A stretch of 64,000 bases of DNA from the NCBI RefSeq assembly GCF_002087085.1, contig NZ_MWQY01000001.1:186001-250000 (forward strand), given 5' to 3'. Below the pieces are notes generated by a model, which was not told where the DNA came from, ran no database searches, and saw only the letters and a list, made by a program, of their open reading frames with translations. The position numbers and the translations under genes were made by a program. Numbering within the stretch: position 1 is the stretch's first letter; every line of letters starts with the position of its first letter. Shown here piece after piece: positions 60,048 through 64,000 of the stretch.

Positions 60048-60971
60048 GTGGTAAATCCAGGTCTCTCATATAAAGTGCCGTCCTGGGCCCTGGCAGTGGT
60101 ATCCTGCCTGCTCTGGTCCAGCGCCTTCGCGGGGGTTAAAACCGGTCTGCAGCACGCTCCGCCTCTTTTTTTTGCCGGGCTTCGCTTTACCCTTGCGGGG
60201 ATTCTGCTTATTCCACTGGCAGGCTCACCGCTGAAATACCTTCGGGAACTGAGGGGTTCTCCCTTTCTTCCGTTTAAGGTCGGGATATTCCAGACGGTTC
60301 TGCTCTATTCCCTGTTCTTTCTTTCCCTCAATCTGGTTCCCGGCTCCGTGGGGGCCGTGGTAAACGGGATGCTTCCTCTATGGGCGGCCCTGGCAGCCCA
60401 TGTTCTCCTGAAGGATGACAAAATGGGCCGACGGATGCTTGTGAGCCTCGGTATCGGCTTCGGGGGCATTGTTCTTTTGAGCGTGACCCGAAACGGAGGA
60501 GTTCCCGGAGAAATCGGAGGTCCGGAGCTGGTCGGTATTTTTCTCATGCTCGGGGCGAGTTTTGCAAATGTTCTGGGTCAGATAGTCGTGTATCATTCCC
60601 GGGGCACCATGAACTCCATGGTCCTTACCAGTTCGCAGTTCATTCTCGGAGGACTTATGCTGCTCGGGATCTCCCGTATTGTGGAAGGGGCATTTGTCCT
60701 TCCCCCGGCTCCTGTTTTCTGGGGGGCCCTGATCTACCTGGGATTTCTTTCCGCCGCGGCTTTCTCCATCTGGTTCCACCTTTTATCCGTGAGGGGAGAG
60801 AAGGTGTCGGTAATCGGTATCTGGCAGTTTCTTATTCCCGTGGCCGGTGCTGCTTTGAGCTGGCTGATAATCCCCGGAGATGATCCCAGCTGGCCGGTAT
60901 TCAGCGGTATGATTCTGATTGCTTCGGCGATTATCTACTTTTTCTACCCCTCAAACAGGAGCCCGGAATGA
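60048..60971 (+). CDS. DMT/EamA family transporter
   Basis: LLWSSAF..VK and FAGLRF; about 10 TMs. Confidence 0.9.
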   Translation: MVNPGLSYKVPSWALAVVSCLLWSSAFAGVKTGLQHAPPLFFAGLRFTLAGILLIPLAGSPLKYLRELRGSPFLPFKVGIFQTVLLYSLFFLSLNLVPGSVGAVVNGMLPLWAALAAHVLLKDDKMGRRMLVSLGIGFGGIVLLSVTRNGGVPGEIGGPELVGIFLMLGASFANVLGQIVVYHSRGTMNSMVLTSSQFILGGLMLLGISRIVEGAFVLPPAPVFWGALIYLGFLSAAAFSIWFHLLSVRGEKVSVIGIWQFLIPVAGAALSWLIIPGDDPSWPVFSGMILIASAIIYFFYPSNRSPE

Positions 60972-62224
60972 CGGAATTCAAACGTGACCTGCAGTACTGG
61001 AAATTCTCTCTCTACGGTTTCGTTAAAAACCTCCAGTTTTTCGACCCTTTTCTTATTCTCTTTTTTCGCGAGATGGGGATCAGCTTTTTCCAGATAGGTG
61101 TGCTCTATTCTGTGCGGGAGATTATTACAAATATTACCGAAATCCCCACAGGGATTCTCGCGGATACCCTGGGGCGCCGCAGTGCGATGCTTTTTGCCTT
61201 CGCAAGCTATATTGTCAGCTTTGCCCTGTTTTATCTGTTTCCGAACTACTGGGTCTATATCGGAGCCATGGTGTTCTTTGCCCTGGGAGAGAGCTTTCGT
61301 TCCGGGACCCATAAAGCCATGATCATGGAATATCTGAAAATCCACAACATGACCGATCAGAAAGTGGCCTACTATGGACATACCCGGGCCTGGTCACAGA
61401 GGGGCTCGGCGATTTCCGCGCTCATAGCATCTCTGCTGGTCTTTTTCTCCGGAAGCTATCGCTCGGTTTTTCTCTGGAGTATTCTTCCCTATCTGGCGGG
61501 TATGATCCTTATTGCCAGTTATCCGAAAGAACTTGATTTCTCCTGTGACGAGGAGGAGTGCGACGAGGAACAGCGAAAAAAAGGGTGGAAGGATGTCGTC
61601 ACCACGATCAGAAACTTTATCGGTCTGTTCACGGAGCCGAAGGTCCGTCGTGCCCTTATTAATTCCAGTCTTTTTGACGGCGTGTTCAAGACCATAAAGG
61701 ATTATGTGCAGCCCATTCTGAAAAACCTTGCCCTTGCCCTGCCGCTGTTTACCATGCTGGAAGGAAACCAGCGGGTGGCGATTATGTCCGGGGTGGTGTA
61801 CACCATTCTGTACCTGCTTACCAGTATCGCAAGCAGCCGGGCCTCCCGGTTTCACTCCATGTTCTCCGACAGAATTACCGGACTCAACATAACCTATGTG
61901 AGCGGTGTTGTCGTAGTTGTGGGCATCGCCTATTTTCTGAATGTGAATCTTCCGTCCCTGGCGGTACTACTTTTTGTAATCTACTATCTGCTGGAAAATC
62001 TCAGACGTCCGGCGACTCTGGGATTCCTGAGCGACCGCATCAAAGGCTCTGTAATGGCCACCGGGCTCTCCGGAGAGAGCCAGCTCAAGACCCTCATGAT
62101 CGCCGTGCTGTCCCCCCTCTTCGGTCTCGCCGCGGACCGCTTCGGCCTGGGGCCGGCAATGCTGCTGGCAGCCCTCGTTCCGGCCCTGGCGTATCCTCTT
62201 ATAAGGTTCCGTCCGGATACCTAG
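60968..62224 (+). CDS. MFS transporter
   Basis: EIPTGILADTLGRR and FRSGT; about 12 TMs. Confidence 0.9.
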   Translation: MTEFKRDLQYWKFSLYGFVKNLQFFDPFLILFFREMGISFFQIGVLYSVREIITNITEIPTGILADTLGRRSAMLFAFASYIVSFALFYLFPNYWVYIGAMVFFALGESFRSGTHKAMIMEYLKIHNMTDQKVAYYGHTRAWSQRGSAISALIASLLVFFSGSYRSVFLWSILPYLAGMILIASYPKELDFSCDEEECDEEQRKKGWKDVVTTIRNFIGLFTEPKVRRALINSSLFDGVFKTIKDYVQPILKNLALALPLFTMLEGNQRVAIMSGVVYTILYLLTSIASSRASRFHSMFSDRITGLNITYVSGVVVVVGIAYFLNVNLPSLAVLLFVIYYLLENLRRPATLGFLSDRIKGSVMATGLSGESQLKTLMIAVLSPLFGLAADRFGLGPAMLLAALVPALAYPLIRFRPDT

Positions 62225-62230
62225 GAAGCT

Positions 62231-62268
62231 TTCTTCTGCGGCCCTCCGCTGCCCCGGCCGCAGAAGAA
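62231..62268. terminator. Hairpin between convergent genes
   Basis: TTCTTCTGCGGCC-12 nt-GGCCGCAGAAGAA. Confidence 0.6.
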
Positions 62269-62277
62269 CGGGGTTAT

Positions 62278-64000
62278 TCAGTCCGCCGGCCGCAGAAGCC
62301 GCATGCCGTTCAATATAACCAGCATTACCGAGGCCTCGTGAATCAGCATCCCCCCCGCCATGTGGACGTTACCGCTCAGAACGCCGATCAAGAGTCCCGT
62401 GACGGTAATTATTGCCAGCGCGATATTCTGACGTATGTTCCGCAATGTTCCGCGGGAACGCTCGATTGCCTGGGCGACCACGGTCAAATCATTCCGCATG
62501 AGGGCTATATCGGCGGTTTCCATGGCTATATCGGTTCCGCCGTCTCCCATTGCGATGCCCACGTCGGCGCTGGCCAGAGCGGGGGCGTCGTTTATGCCGT
62601 CCCCCACCATTGCCGTGGTGAATCCCTCCTCCTGAAGAGCCCGTATATGTGCCAGTTTTTCTTCAGGCAGCAGTTCCGCGTGCACTTCGGTAATGCCCAC
62701 CTGCCGGGCGACGGCCTGGGCAGTTCGCCGGTTGTCTCCTGTAAGCATGACAATTCTCTTGACCCCGCTTGAGCGCATCCGGGCGACGGCCTCCTTTGCA
62801 TGGCTTCGCACCGGGTCGGCGACGCCGATAAGCCCGACCAGCCGATCGTCCAGGGCTACAAATACCATTGTCTCCCCCGATCCGATATCCGCTGCTCCGA
62901 CATCTTCTTGATCAATATTGATCCCCGACTCTTCCATGAAGCGTCTGGAACCCACCAGGATATTTTTTTCCTGCCACGCCGCCTTTATTCCTTTGCCCGC
63001 GACAGCCTCGGCGCTCGTCGGCGGGGGAACCGGCCCCTGCTTCTCTGCAGTCTTTACAATTCTTCCCGCTATCGGATGTTCCGAGGCGCTCTCGGCAATC
63101 GCAGCGTAAAACAGAACCATATCCGGACTGATTCCGTCATCTTTCTGCAGAGAAACAATCCTTTCCACTCTCGGATCGCCGAGAGTGAGGGTTCCCGTCT
63201 TGTCTAGGGCGACAGCGTCGATTTTTCCGCTTGTTTCCAGATGGGTTCCGCCTTTCATGAGGATTCCCTGCCGCGCCGCTCCTCCTATGCCGGCTACGAT
63301 CGAGACGGGGGTCGAGATCACCAGCGCTCCGGGGCATCCGATTACCAGCACCGTCAAGGCAAAGGACGGGTCTCTGGTAACAAGGTAGATCACCCCTGAA
63401 AGCCCAATAATAAGGGGGGTATACCAACGGGCAAAGCGTTCCATAAATCGCTGGGCAGGGGCCTTGGCCTCCTGGGCTTCTTCCACGCGGTGAATGATAC
63501 GCGCCAGGGTTGTGTCTTCTCCAATCCCAGTAGCGCGGAGGGTAAGTACTCCGTTCTCGTTCTGCGTACCCGCAAAGACGGAATCTCCCGTCTGTTTAAG
63601 GACCGGAAGGGGTTCTCCGGTAATGGCGCTCTCGTTGACACTGGAGGAGCCGCTTTTGACCTCACCGTCAACGGGGACGCGGCCTCCGGGTTTCACTATC
63701 AGAATATCGTTAACTTGAATTTCCTCTAGAGGAACAGAAATCTGCTCTCCGTTTTTTAGCAGAATGGCTTTGGAAGGAGCAATTTCAATGAGCTCTCGGA
63801 TTACCCGGCGAGTTCTGGCCATGGTACGGGCTTCCAGATATCCGCCGAGGTTGAACAGAAAGGTAACCGCCGCGGCTTCCCAGTATTCCTGAATAAGAAT
63901 GGCCCCTATCATTGCGAGAGAGACCAGGAGTTCGATTCCGACGTGGCGGTTTCCGAGGGATCGGAGGGCTTTTGCCGTTATGGGCAGGCCCGATACAAGC
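62278..64000 (-). CDS. Heavy-metal P1B-type ATPase; 5' end lies beyond the right edge
   Basis: TGEP, GCPGAL, DKTGT, SEHP and GDGINDAP; frame stays open to position 64000. Confidence 0.93.
   Translation of the reverse strand, partial: LVSGLPITAKALRSLGNRHVGIELLVSLAMIGAILIQEYWEAAAVTFLFNLGGYLEARTMARTRRVIRELIEIAPSKAILLKNGEQISVPLEEIQVNDILIVKPGGRVPVDGEVKSGSSSVNESAITGEPLPVLKQTGDSVFAGTQNENGVLTLRATGIGEDTTLARIIHRVEEAQEAKAPAQRFMERFARWYTPLIIGLSGVIYLVTRDPSFALTVLVIGCPGALVISTPVSIVAGIGGAARQGILMKGGTHLETSGKIDAVALDKTGTLTLGDPRVERIVSLQKDDGISPDMVLFYAAIAESASEHPIAGRIVKTAEKQGPVPPPTSAEAVAGKGIKAAWQEKNILVGSRRFMEESGINIDQEDVGAADIGSGETMVFVALDDRLVGLIGVADPVRSHAKEAVARMRSSGVKRIVMLTGDNRRTAQAVARQVGITEVHAELLPEEKLAHIRALQEEGFTTAMVGDGINDAPALASADVGIAMGDGGTDIAMETADIALMRNDLTVVAQAIERSRGTLRNIRQNIALAIITVTGLLIGVLSGNVHMAGGMLIHEASVMLVILNGMRLLRPAD

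Noticed and set aside
1..64000. CRISPR arrays, rRNA, tRNA, transposases, integrases, prophage genes
   Set aside because: None recognised by eye; tRNAscan-SE and Infernal would be needed to exclude small RNAs.

Overview
A gene-dense, GC-rich bacterial chromosome segment, most likely from a free-living spirochaete (Spirochaetaceae-like). This is inferred from the MCP signature [13 protein letters not shown], the relaxed lipoboxes and the gene mix. Most of the window is housekeeping and transport: yejABEF, a DEAD-box helicase, xth, a ugpBAE-like cassette, an AfuABC/FbpABC-like ABC system with an OmpR-type two-component system, an ABC-F ATPase, proVW, sbcB, amtB plus P-II under a sigma54 promoter, cls and a P1B ATPase. 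The standout is 15.1-31.3 kb. There, a tightly packed operon encodes a membrane-anchored TPR protein, a putative beta-barrel protein, two lipoproteins and a ~3,335-aa polymorphic toxin. The toxin has a signal peptide, ZU5, SpvB, FG-GAP, TcdB-mid and Rhs regions and an M23 peptidase tip, and is followed by an AT-rich lipoprotein immunity candidate. The operon is divergent from an Omp85-like gene, and no T6SS, TcA or T9SS genes occur in the window, so it may be a self-contained spirochaetal toxin export system. Other signals: a GntR/FadR-operator promoter driving a possible ~145-nt sRNA, an 11-bp-periodic regulator array, a PTPMT1-like phosphatase divergent from cls, and an amphipathic insert in YejA. 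All domain calls come from motif recognition by eye, not database searches.
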